Shown one piece after another: positions 43,087 through 51,089 of a DNA stretch of 64,000 nucleotides. The position numbers were made by a program, and so were the translations under genes. Numbering within the stretch: the stretch's first letter is position 1; every line of letters starts with the position of its first letter. The stretch is from an uncultured Gemmatimonadales bacterium (GTDB lineage: Bacteria; Gemmatimonadota; Gemmatimonadetes; Gemmatimonadales; GWC2-71-9). Under the pieces are notes generated by a model, which was not told the origin of the DNA, searched no databases, and was given only the letters and a program-made list of their open reading frames with translations. The DNA lies in assembly GCA_963743195.1 (NCBI GenBank), contig CAVUOO010000003.1:747771-811770 (forward strand), written 5' to 3'.

Positions 43087-43230
43087 ACAGTCTCATAAGT
43101 TGCACAGGCTCCGGGACTTATCACCTCGACTCCGACAACTGTCAAATCTATGAACAGATCCTAGGGTCTACCGAGTCCCGTCCACCACTGTAAACCTATG
43201 CACTGCTTGATGATGCGATGATACCGTGCG

Positions 43231-43246
43231 TGGCATTGCACTTGCA
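43231..43246 (+). promoter_or_regulatory. candidate sigma54 (-24/-12) promoter TGGCAT-N5-TTGCA
   Basis: TGGCAT at 43231-36, spacer TGCAC, TTGCA at 43242-46. This matches the TGGCAC-N5-TTGCW consensus at 10 of 11 specified positions, with canonical GG/GC spacing. It lies in a non-coding spacer. The expected start is near 43257. Confidence 0.5.
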
Positions 43247-43256
43247 CTACACGGGC

Positions 43257-43372
43257 ACGTGGTAGGTCGAAGAAGGGTGGAAGCGAGCACTTCGGCTCGT
43301 TCCGTATACTCAGGGGGCGATCTACCACTTGTTGATACTCGAACGGCCCTCCGGATTCCGGTGGGCCGTTCG
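43257..43372 (+). ncRNA. candidate small RNA (about 115 nt) downstream of the sigma54-like promoter; family unknown
   Basis: An 11-bp stem (43259-69 / 43318-28, one G-U) encloses a 9-bp bulged hairpin (43279-88 / 43295-303, loop ACUUCG). This is followed by the U-rich linker UUGUUGAUACUC and a GC-rich 9+4 bp hairpin at 43341-71. No plausible ORF. The region is lower in GC than the flanks. Confidence 0.4.
43341..43371. terminator. GC-rich hairpin between convergent lgt and rraA (possible bidirectional terminator / 3' end of the candidate sRNA)
   Basis: GAACGGCCC-u-CCGG-auu-CCGG-u-GGGCCGUUC. No clear U-tract on either strand. Confidence 0.5.
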
Positions 43373-43382
43373 TGCGCTGTCG

Positions 43383-43874
43383 TCAGTCGGCTGGCAGCTC
43401 GCCGTCGGCCACCACGATGCCGTCCGCATCGGCATAGAGCCACTCACCGGGTGTGAAGGTCACACCGGCGAACGTCACCGGTACGCCGCGCTCTCCTTCC
43501 CCAGTCCGTCCACTCCTCATCGGCGACGATGCGAGGGCGCGCACGCCGACCGCCGTGGCCCCGATCTCGACTGCATCCCTGATGCAGCCATGCACCAGCA
43601 TTCCGGTCCAGCCATGGTCGCGCGCGAGTGCGGCCAGTCTGCCTCCGACCAGCGCGGTGCGCAACGAGCCACCGCCGTCCACGACGAGCACTCGGCCGTG
43701 TCCCTCACCCTCCAGCACTTGCCGAACGAGCGCATTGTCCTCGAATACTTGAATCGTCTCGATCGGCCCTGAGAAGCTCGAGATGCCGCCCCAGTCGCGA
43801 AACAATGGCGCGACGACTCTCACGCGGCCCGGAAATGCATCGCAGAGATCGGCGGTGGCCCGAGCGATGTTCAC
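43383..43874 (-). CDS. rraA: RraA family protein (RNase E regulator / HMG-CHA aldolase-like)
   Basis: GTG 43874 (VNIARATADLCDAF...). VLVVDGGGSLRTALVGGRLAALARDHGWTGMLVHGCIRD. GTGA overlap with the upstream permease stop. Confidence 0.8.
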   Translation of the reverse strand: MNIARATADLCDAFPGRVRVVAPLFRDWGGISSFSGPIETIQVFEDNALVRQVLEGEGHGRVLVVDGGGSLRTALVGGRLAALARDHGWTGMLVHGCIRDAVEIGATAVGVRALASSPMRSGRTGEGERGVPVTFAGVTFTPGEWLYADADGIVVADGELPAD

Positions 43875-45872
43875 CGGTGCGGAGTGGGAACGGGAAGATC
43901 GGCCTGAGCGGAAGGAGTGCGCGCGGACGTGTCGGGTTGGGCAGCCACCCGACGGCGGGGCGCCATGACGAAGGTCCAGGCTACGGCGGCAAGCGCCAGC
44001 ACCACGAGAAGGGCCTGCGCGGCCAGGGACTCGACCGTCGGGATAAATGCCGATCGCCGGAATTCGCGGCGCCCATGGGGCGACCGTCGTCCCGATGGTC
44101 CCGCCTTCCTGCAGCTCGGCGATGCCCTTCCCCGCAAAGACGAACGCCATGTAGTAGAGAAACGCGCTCGTCACGCCGAAGAACGGCTTGAGCGGAAGCC
44201 GCACGCCAAACCGGTTGATCGCGACGTACACCACGACCAGTACGAGCCCGCCGGCGATGATGCCGACCGCAACCGGCATGGCACCGGCTGCCGTCGCCGG
44301 CAACGAAGAGCGCCTTGTAGAACAGCACCGTCTCGAAGCCCTCACGATAGACGGCGAGAAAGGCGACGGACGCCAGCGCGAGCGCGGAGCCGCCGCTGAG
44401 AGCGTCCTGCACCTTGCTCTTCACGAAGCGGTTCCACTTGGCCACTTCCATCTTCGAGAGCAGCCAGTAGCTCACGTAGAACAGCACGCCCGTGGCGACC
44501 AGCATCGTCGCGCCCTCGAGCACCTTCCCGCCGAACCGGGCTCAGCACGAAGATCGTCTCGAGCGCGAACGCCGTCAGGATGCTGGCGGCAACCGCCGCT
44601 CCGACGCCGACGATGGATGTCGCGCTTGCGGTGAGCCGCACCGATCTTCGACAGAAACGTCATCAGGGCCCCGACGATCAGGATCGCCTCGAGCCCTTCG
44701 CGCAGCAGAATCACGAATGATTGGACGAAGAGATTCACCGGTGACAGATCGTCGCCGAGCACTCGCTCCGCTTTCTCGAGCGACACGGCCAGCTGGCTCT
44801 CGATCGGTTTGAGCTCCGCCGGCGTCGCGGACCCTGAGCCCGCGCTCATCCGCAGCGCGGCGAAAGCGGCCTCGACTTCGGCCGCGACGTCGGGATTCTT
44901 TGCCCGAACAGTGGACTCGACCTGCTCGAAGGTCATGTAGGCGTCGAGGGCACGCGTCCCCGCCGAGGGATCCCCCGTGCGCGCCATGGCGAAGGCCGAC
45001 TCGGCCTGGGCACGAATCAGATCGAACAGTCCGGCGGTCACCGGCCTGCCGCTGTCGCTCGCGAACGCACGCACCGCCGCGACCCTTGCCAGAGAGCCGG
45101 GATCGGAGCGTCCGCGCAACCCGAGCGCGGCGAGAATCGAATCGTCGCTCAGCTTGCCGGTCGTCGGAAACGCGCGGAGGGATGCGGGCACGTCGCCCGC
45201 GGGACGGGGCAGCCGGAACGTGGACGCGTAGAGGGCGACGGCCCACCGGTCCGCCGGCGGCAGTTGCTCCTCGAACGCCGGCATCGCCGTCGCCACCGTG
45301 CCGATGCCGATTCGGCGGAAATAATCGAGCGGTGTTTGATCTTTGAGGGCTGCCCAATCGGCGAGGCTCGCTGGAGGTGGATCGAGATTCGCCGCCAGAG
45401 ACCCGTCTCCATGACCGGCGTCCCCGTGGCACCCGGAGCATTTCGCGCGAAAGATGTCGGCTCCGCGCGCGAGCGAAGGCGTCACGACTGGCGGCTCGTC
45501 GAGCGTCACACCCGTGGTCGAAGACAGCTCGCTCGTGAAGACGCGAACGCGGGAATCCAGCGTGTCAGGCGACGCGGTATCGGCAACGAGGGAGATGAGG
45601 GAATCGATCCGTGCGGCGGCGAGCGGGGCCGTCTTCGAACCAAGGCCCCCGGCAGCCCGTCTGGCCTCCTTCAGGAAGAGGGCGGCCTCCGCCACCTCCT
45701 GTGGTGCCACGACCCGACCATTCGAGAGGCCGAGGCGGTATTCCTGTGCCGCGAGTTGCGCGGTGGACGCCACTCTCCTGACAGTGGCGGCCAAGTTACC
45801 CGACGTATCGCTGGGCGAGACGCTTAAGAGCGAGGCGACTAGGGGGATCGCGCCGATGAGAAGCATTTTCAA
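43871..45872 (-). pseudogene. cytochrome c-FTR1 fusion iron permease, four consecutive insertion-like frame changes in the permease half as assembled (~44612, ~44536-44540, ~44290-44300, GGG 44040-44042)
   Basis: The N-terminal exported domain with heme site CSGCHG and the first FTR1 helix (REGLEAILIV) are in ORF 44472..45872. IVGVGAAVAASILTAFALETIF is in the 44342..44641 frame. KVLEGATMLVATGVLFYVSYWLLSKM...YREGFETVLFY is in the 43981..44523 frame. AMPVAVGIIAGG...FAGKGIAELQEGG is in the 43383..44345 frame. TVESLAAQALLVVLALAAVAW...* is in the 43871..44137 frame. Confidence 0.8.
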
Positions 45873-45937
45873 CCGATTCTTGATGGCATTCGGGAAACTA
45901 GAGTCCGGCAGTCGGATTTGGAAGAGGGCGGTGCGAT

Positions 45938-46336
45938 TCAGGCAGGATGGATGACGGCGACTGCTCCGGCAGTGTTCTCGGAATGTGTCAGCGAAATCTC
46001 GATTCGAAGTCCACCGGCCTCAGCCGCCAGGCGTGCCGCCAGTCCATGGAGGACGATCGCGGGTCGACCATCGCCATCCCGCGTGACCTCGATCTCTCGC
46101 CAGCCGACGCCACGCGCGCCTGGAAGCGACTGAAGCGCCTTATAGACCGCCTCCTTGGCGGCGATCCGGGCGCCGGCATGACCGGTGGGGTCCGGTCGAG
46201 TGCCGAGGTAGTCGCGCTCCGCCTCGGTAAAGAACCGCGTCAGTGCCTGGTTACCCTTGGAGACGAGCAGACGTGAGACGCGAGAAAGGTCCACCAGGTC
46301 GATTCCGACACCGATGACGGTCAGAAGCGACTCCAC
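45938..46336 (-). CDS. acpS: holo-[acyl-carrier-protein] synthase
   Basis: IGVGIDLVDLSRV, FTEAERDY, AAKEAVYKAL, ISLTHSE. The GTG 46336 start is a guess and overlaps the upstream stop. Confidence 0.8.
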   Translation of the reverse strand: MESLLTVIGVGIDLVDLSRVSRLLVSKGNQALTRFFTEAERDYLGTRPDPTGHAGARIAAKEAVYKALQSLPGARGVGWREIEVTRDGDGRPAIVLHGLAARLAAEAGGLRIEISLTHSENTAGAVAVIHPA

Positions 46337-47064
46337 CAGAACTCGGTGACCGCCGCGAGCGGCGGTGGGACCGGTAGATAGCCTCCCACGACGAGCCCGA
46401 GATATCCGGCCGCCGCGATGACCACGAGCGTGATCGACCATATCGGCCAACGTGGCCTCCGCCACGTCCGGATGCGTTCCGCCTCGCCGCGCCAATGTTC
46501 CTCCTCCATGCCGGCGGCGGAGATCACAGCCAACCATGCGGTCTCGAGTCGTCGAGCTCCTGCCTCGAGCGCTGCCCGCCACTCGTCGGTCGAGCCGCCG
46601 GCGCGCGCCGGCGTGCCGCTGGCCGATCGCAGGGTTCGCTCGAGTTCATCGAGGGCAGAGACGAATGGCGCTCCACTGCTGCCCAGCCTGGCCCCGATAG
46701 CGCGAAGGTCACTCGGTCCCAGCAGGATTCGCTGCAAGCGTCGCTTGGGAAAGCGCGACTCCGCGGCAGCGGCGCGAAGCTTGGTGTTTGCCGCGGCTCC
46801 GATGCGAGCCGCCACCGAGCCGACCGCGCGCTCCCACAGTCCGATCCACGCGACCCGGCCGAGCGATGCCATCGCCCCATCCCGATCGCCGGCTGCTGCA
46901 AACCCACGCCCGGCCCCGGCCAGGTCGAAGATTCCGGTTACCAAATCCAGCCGGATGTCATCGAAGGTCAAACCCAGAGGAGAGCGGGGACCGGGTGACG
47001 GAGGATCCGTGAGGGAGCCGAGCGAGGGACCGAGCTCGGGTACCGTCCACTGCTCGGTCAGCAC
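46321..47064 (-). CDS. hypothetical protein with C-terminal transmembrane helix
   Basis: 247 aa. GTG start overlapping the HAD stop (GTGCTGA). WPIWSITLVVIAAAGYLGLVVGGYL TM near the C-terminus. No recognisable motif. Hidden frame changes cannot be excluded. Confidence 0.4.
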   Translation of the reverse strand: MLTEQWTVPELGPSLGSLTDPPSPGPRSPLGLTFDDIRLDLVTGIFDLAGAGRGFAAAGDRDGAMASLGRVAWIGLWERAVGSVAARIGAAANTKLRAAAAESRFPKRRLQRILLGPSDLRAIGARLGSSGAPFVSALDELERTLRSASGTPARAGGSTDEWRAALEAGARRLETAWLAVISAAGMEEEHWRGEAERIRTWRRPRWPIWSITLVVIAAAGYLGLVVGGYLPVPPPLAAVTEFWWSRF

Positions 47065-47763
47065 AGGATCGCCTCGAGCACTCGCTCGGTGTCGCGGAAG
47101 TTTTCGAAGACGGCGTGAGGAGCGCAGGCCGCGAGATCCGCCACCGAGTACGACCCCGTCGCCACTGCGACGGCCCGGGCGTTGATGCCATGAGCCGCAG
47201 CGTGATGTCGGCGGGCGTGTCGCCGATGATCACCACCTCGGCGCCGGCCGGCTCACGGCCGAAGAACGGCATCGGCACGGCGCGCGGCGATCGGAGGAAG
47301 CTCGGGACGATGGCCGGCATCGGAGCCGTACGCGCCGACCCGGAATCGGTCCGGATCGATGCCGCCCGAGCGAAGCTTGAGCGCCGCGCCGTCGGCCACG
47401 TTGCCGGTGAGCAGGCCGAGCACGACGCCCTGTTCCGCCTCGAGGCGGTCGAGCAGCTCCGGGATGCCGGGCATCAGCGTGGTCTGCGACGCGGGGCGCT
47501 CCAGCTCCCGCGCCAGGTAGCCGACGTAGCGCACGACAGAGACGCCTGCACTCGCGCCGACTCCCTCGGCTTCCGGGTTGCCCGGCCAACTCGAGCATTT
47601 CGGCGCACGATCTGCGGATCGGTCTTCCCGTCGAATCGGATCGTCGCCAGGCGCGACGTCGGGCACTTCCTCAGCCATCGCGGCCATGATCGCCCGACGA
47701 CCAGCACCGGCGGTGAGAAGGATGCGTGCCGTCGATGTCGAAGAGCACCAGCTTCCGGTTCAC
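47058..47763 (-). pseudogene. HAD-superfamily hydrolase, about six frame changes as assembled
   Basis: Motif I VLFDIDGT (47671..47934 frame). LLTAGAGRRAIMAAMAEEV (47253..47687 frame). FDGKTDPQIV (47474..47707 frame). MLELAGQPG (47230..47598 frame). YVGYLARELE...LLTGNVADGAALKL (47253..47687 frame again). EVVIIGDTPADI, motif III (46958..47320 frame). HGINARAVAVATGSYS...VLEAILC* is the last frame. Five steps are insertion-like and one is deletion-like. Confidence 0.7.
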
Positions 47764-48556
47764 TGCTTCTGCTCCAACCGTCGCACCGCTACGAGCCGCT
47801 CGCGCAGCGGAGCCGCCCGTCGTCCCGGCCAGCCAGGACTCGGCGACGACGCCACCGCAGGCCACGGTCGAGTGCACGAGGGCATCGCCCATCGTCGGCG
47901 AAGGCGACGTGAGTGATCTTCGGCGTCGTCTCACCGCGGAAGAAGAGAAGATCGCCGGGTTGCGGGGGCCCGCCCGAGACTTCTACGCCGCACCCAATCT
48001 GTTGCGAGGAGTCGCGCGGCAGCCTGATGCCGCGTGCCGCGAAGGTCGTCTGCACCAGCCCCGAGCAGTCCACGCCCCATGGCGTCACGCCTCCCCATTC
48101 GTACGACGCACCCGAGAAATGCTGCGAGTGCCCACCGCTCGGGCGCCGTGCCGCGCGCCGAAGCGCGCGCCTCGCTCTCGGTCGGTACCGAACCTTCGAC
48201 GAGTTGCCCGCGCCCTCCGCCCGGCAGCCGAACGGTCGCTCCTTCGATGGCGACACGCGCGCGAAGCGGAATCCGCATGGGGTTCTCACCCATCCGGACG
48301 ACTGCGCCAAGGCTCCATCCGGTGGCCTCGGACCGCCACCGGTCGGCGGAACCCTCATCGACCTCCAGCAGGTAGCCGGCGTGTGCCCACCCCTCGTATC
48401 CGTCGAGACGAACAGCACAGACGCCGCCACTCCGCGTTGCTCTCGAGCACGCTCGCTGTCTCGCCCGAGGACGAGCTGGCTCACTTGCTCGGCGCGGAGG
48501 CTCGGCTCGGCGAACAGCGGAACGATCGGGGATCGGGCGATGGCGGCAGAGAACAT
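47760..48556 (-). pseudogene. NlpC/P60 (C40) cell-wall peptidase with SH3-like N-terminal domains, five insertion-like frame changes as assembled (~48465, ~48423, ~48110, ~47888, ~47825)
   Basis: [31 protein letters not shown] / ETASVLESNAEWR / VCAVRLDGYEGWAHAGYLLEV...AAFLG / ASYEWGGVTPWGVDCSGLVQ...GDLLFF...ITHVAFADDG / DALVHSTVACGGVVAES / PLRERLVAVRRLEQKQ*. Each segment is in the next frame. Catalytic Cys (DCSG) and His (THVA) are present. Confidence 0.75.
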
Positions 48557-48738
48557 CAGGTACCGGATGGAGACCTGGCGGCCTTTGCGGCACAGTCCCG
48601 GCAGAGCGTGACGCCGCGGAAGGTGCAGATCAGGCAGATGAAGGTCCCGCAGTTCGTGCAGGGATAGCCCTCGGAGGCGCGCTCCTCGCGCCCGCAGGCG
48701 CGGCAGGCCATGGCATCGTGCTCGCGGTTTTCCGTCAT
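48556..48738 (-). CDS. cysteine-rich zinc-ribbon/B-box-like miniprotein (60 aa, four CxxC pairs)
   Basis: [64 protein letters not shown] overlap with the upstream activator stop and TGATG overlap with the downstream peptidase start. Confidence 0.55.
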   Translation of the reverse strand: MTENREHDAMACRACGREERASEGYPCTNCGTFICLICTFRGVTLCRDCAAKAARSPSGT

Positions 48739-50097
48739 GGACGCCTCAGGCCGAGATGTTGTACGCGCTTGATCTTGTTGATCAGCGTCGCGCGCGAGAT
48801 GCCGAGCTCGATCGCGGCGCGGGTGCGATTGCCGGTGTGGTGCTTGAGCGTCCGCTCGATGTGCTGGCGCTCCAGGTCTTCGAGGCTGAGCGGCGTGTGC
48901 CGCCGGTCGCCGATGCCGGGCCGCGCGCGGAATTCGCCCGGCAGGTGCTCCACGCTCACCGCCACGGCGCCGCGGCCGAGGATCAGCGCGCGCTCGAGGA
49001 CGTTGCGCATCTCGCGCACGTTGCCGGGCCAGGCATAGCGCCAGCAGCCGCTCGAGCACTTCGCTCGAGAGCGTCGCCGGCCCGTCCGGCAGCTCGGCGC
49101 GAAGATCGGACATGAGCCGAGTGATGAGCGCGAGGCGGTCCTCCCGCGAGCGGTCCCGCACCGCCGGGAGCATGAGCGGCATCACGCTGAGCCGGTAGTA
49201 CAGGTCTTCGCGGAAGCGTCCGTTCTCGACCTCGGCCTGCAGCTCCTTGTTCGTCGCCGCGACCAGCCGCACGTCCACCGTGATTTCTCGGGTGCCGCCC
49301 AGCCGGCGGAAGGTCTTGGTCTCGAGCACCTTGAGGAGCTTGGGCTGCAGCTCGGGCGCGAGGTCGCCGATCTCGTCGAGGAAGATCGTGCCGTGGTCGG
49401 CGATCTCGAAGAGACCCTGCTTCCGGTCCTTCGCGTCGGTGAACGCACCCTTCTCGTGACCGAACAGCTCGGAGTCGAGAAAGGTGGCGTTGAGCCCGGC
49501 GCAGTTGACCTCGACGAAGGGCGCCTTGGACCGCGGGACTCAGGTCATGGATCATCCGCGCGACCCAGCCCTTTGCCCGTTCCGCTCTCTCCCGTGAGCA
49601 GCACGGTGGTCCGCTCGCTCTGCGCCAGCAGCGCGACCTGGTGGGCGAAGTCCTGCATGCCGGAGGAGGTGCCGAGCGAATCGAGGCCGTGATCGGGTGC
49701 GCTCTGAACCAGGAGGGCTTCGTTCACGCGGCGGAGCCGCGCCTTGTCGGCGACCCGGGCGGTGGCGGCGGCGAGGTGCTCCATGTCCACCGGCTTGGTG
49801 AGGAAGTTCTCGGCGCCGAGCTGCATGGCGCGCACCGCGGTGGAGACGTCCGCTTCGCCCGTGAGCAGGATGACGCGCGGCGTCGCGCTGCCGGAGGTGC
49901 TCCAGCACCTCCAGGCCGTCCATCCCGGGCAGGCGGAGGTCGAGCATCACCACCTCCGGCCGGAGTCGGTCGAAGGTGGCCAGGCCGGCCTCGCCGCTCA
50001 GCTCGCGCGTGACCTCGTAGCCCAGCCGCTCGAAATAGTTCCCGATGCTGCGCAGAACGTCGACATCGTCGTCGATCAGCAGAACCGAAGCAGGCAT
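48735..50097 (-). pseudogene. NtrC-family sigma54-dependent response regulator (REC-AAA+-Fis HTH), four insertion-like frame changes as assembled (~49881, CCC 49569-71, GGG 49535-37, ~49037-44)
   Basis: REC: VLLIDDD...MLDLRLPGMDG...LTKP. AAA+: LLTGESGTGKG (Walker A), GAFTDA (GAFTGA-type sigma54 contact loop), [21 protein letters not shown]: [21 protein letters not shown]. The segments lie in five successive frames of the ORF track. Corrected length is 453 codons. Confidence 0.85.
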
Positions 50098-50183
50098 CGG
50101 AAGGACCTAGGGCAGAGGGCAGCGATCACACTGCGGTAGCGCACCCCCCAGAAACTAAACACTCCCGTCCCGGGCGCCATGCC

Positions 50184-51089
50184 TCAGGTGGTGGTGGGGA
50201 CCATGATGCGGATGGCGGCGGGAACGACAGTAGCCGTAAAGGGAGTGACGCCGCCGGGCTCCCCGTCGAGCTGGACCGGTTCGACGGGCGTCGATTCCAC
50301 CCGAATTTCCCGTCCCCTGGCGTATCCCACATAGGCCTCTTCGGTGTCACCTGGCTGGGCGACCCGGAGCAGGTCCCACACCGCCCGGACGCTCTGTCCG
50401 AAACTGTTGGCCCGCACGACGACCACGTCGAGGAGCCCGTCGTCAGGCCGGATCCCGCTGCCAAGCCGGATGAACGGCGGAATCACTTCGCCGCAGTTGG
50501 CGACGAGTACCATGGCGGCGTTGGCGTCCCATTCGGCGCCGTCGATGGTGATGATGTGGGCACTGCTGCGGACTTCGCTGATGAGGCGAAACGTCGTGGC
50601 GACGTAGGCGGCCATGCCCCACCGTCGCTTGTGCTTCGACAACGTCGCGCCCATGACTCTCGCGTCGTACCCCGCACCACACGCCACCGCGAAGTACTGG
50701 GTCCCGGATGCCCGGTCCATACGGCCGAGATCGAAGGGCCTCGGCTCCGCGTTCACCAGGGCTCGTGCGGCGCGGGCAGGCGGTCCGTGAATCCGGAGAT
50801 TCCCGGCGAGGAGATTCCCCGTGCCTCCGGGAATCACCCCGAGCGCCACGTCGGTGCCCACGAGAGCTGCCGCCGCCTGCATGGTGGTGCCGTCTCCCCC
50901 GAACACGGCGACGATATCGACTCGCTCAGCGACGCCGTACTCCGCGAGGCGTCGCGCGTCGCCGGGGCCACCGGTCGCCAGTACCTCGGCATTCCATCCA
51001 GCGCCCTGTAGCGTCCGCATGATCTCCGAGACCGCGTCGTGACGAGTGCGGGCGGCAGCCGGATTCGTGATCACCAGGACACGGGGCAT
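50184..51089 (-). CDS. diacylglycerol/lipid kinase family protein (YegS/BmrU-like)
   Basis: MPRVLVITNPAAA..., VFGGDGTT, GVIPGGTGN. The ATG overlaps the tamB stop by 1 nt (TGATG). Confidence 0.8.
   Translation of the reverse strand: MPRVLVITNPAAARTRHDAVSEIMRTLQGAGWNAEVLATGGPGDARRLAEYGVAERVDIVAVFGGDGTTMQAAAALVGTDVALGVIPGGTGNLLAGNLRIHGPPARAARALVNAEPRPFDLGRMDRASGTQYFAVACGAGYDARVMGATLSKHKRRWGMAAYVATTFRLISEVRSSAHIITIDGAEWDANAAMVLVANCGEVIPPFIRLGSGIRPDDGLLDVVVVRANSFGQSVRAVWDLLRVAQPGDTEEAYVGYARGREIRVESTPVEPVQLDGEPGGVTPFTATVVPAAIRIMVPTTT

Noticed and set aside
43117-43145. Minus-strand TTGACA-17 nt-GATAAG promoter-like motif in the lgt/rraA spacer that would drive an antisense RNA into the 3' end of lgt.
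   Set aside because: The -10 element is weak (4 of 6), there is no downstream structure or terminator, and no gene on that strand. I keep it only as a note beside the sigma54 candidate.
45873-45937. Fur-box-like sequence (GAATGCCATCAAGAATC on the minus strand) upstream of the cyt c-FTR1 iron permease.
   Set aside because: It is only a loose resemblance to the 19-bp Fur consensus and has no clear dyad symmetry.
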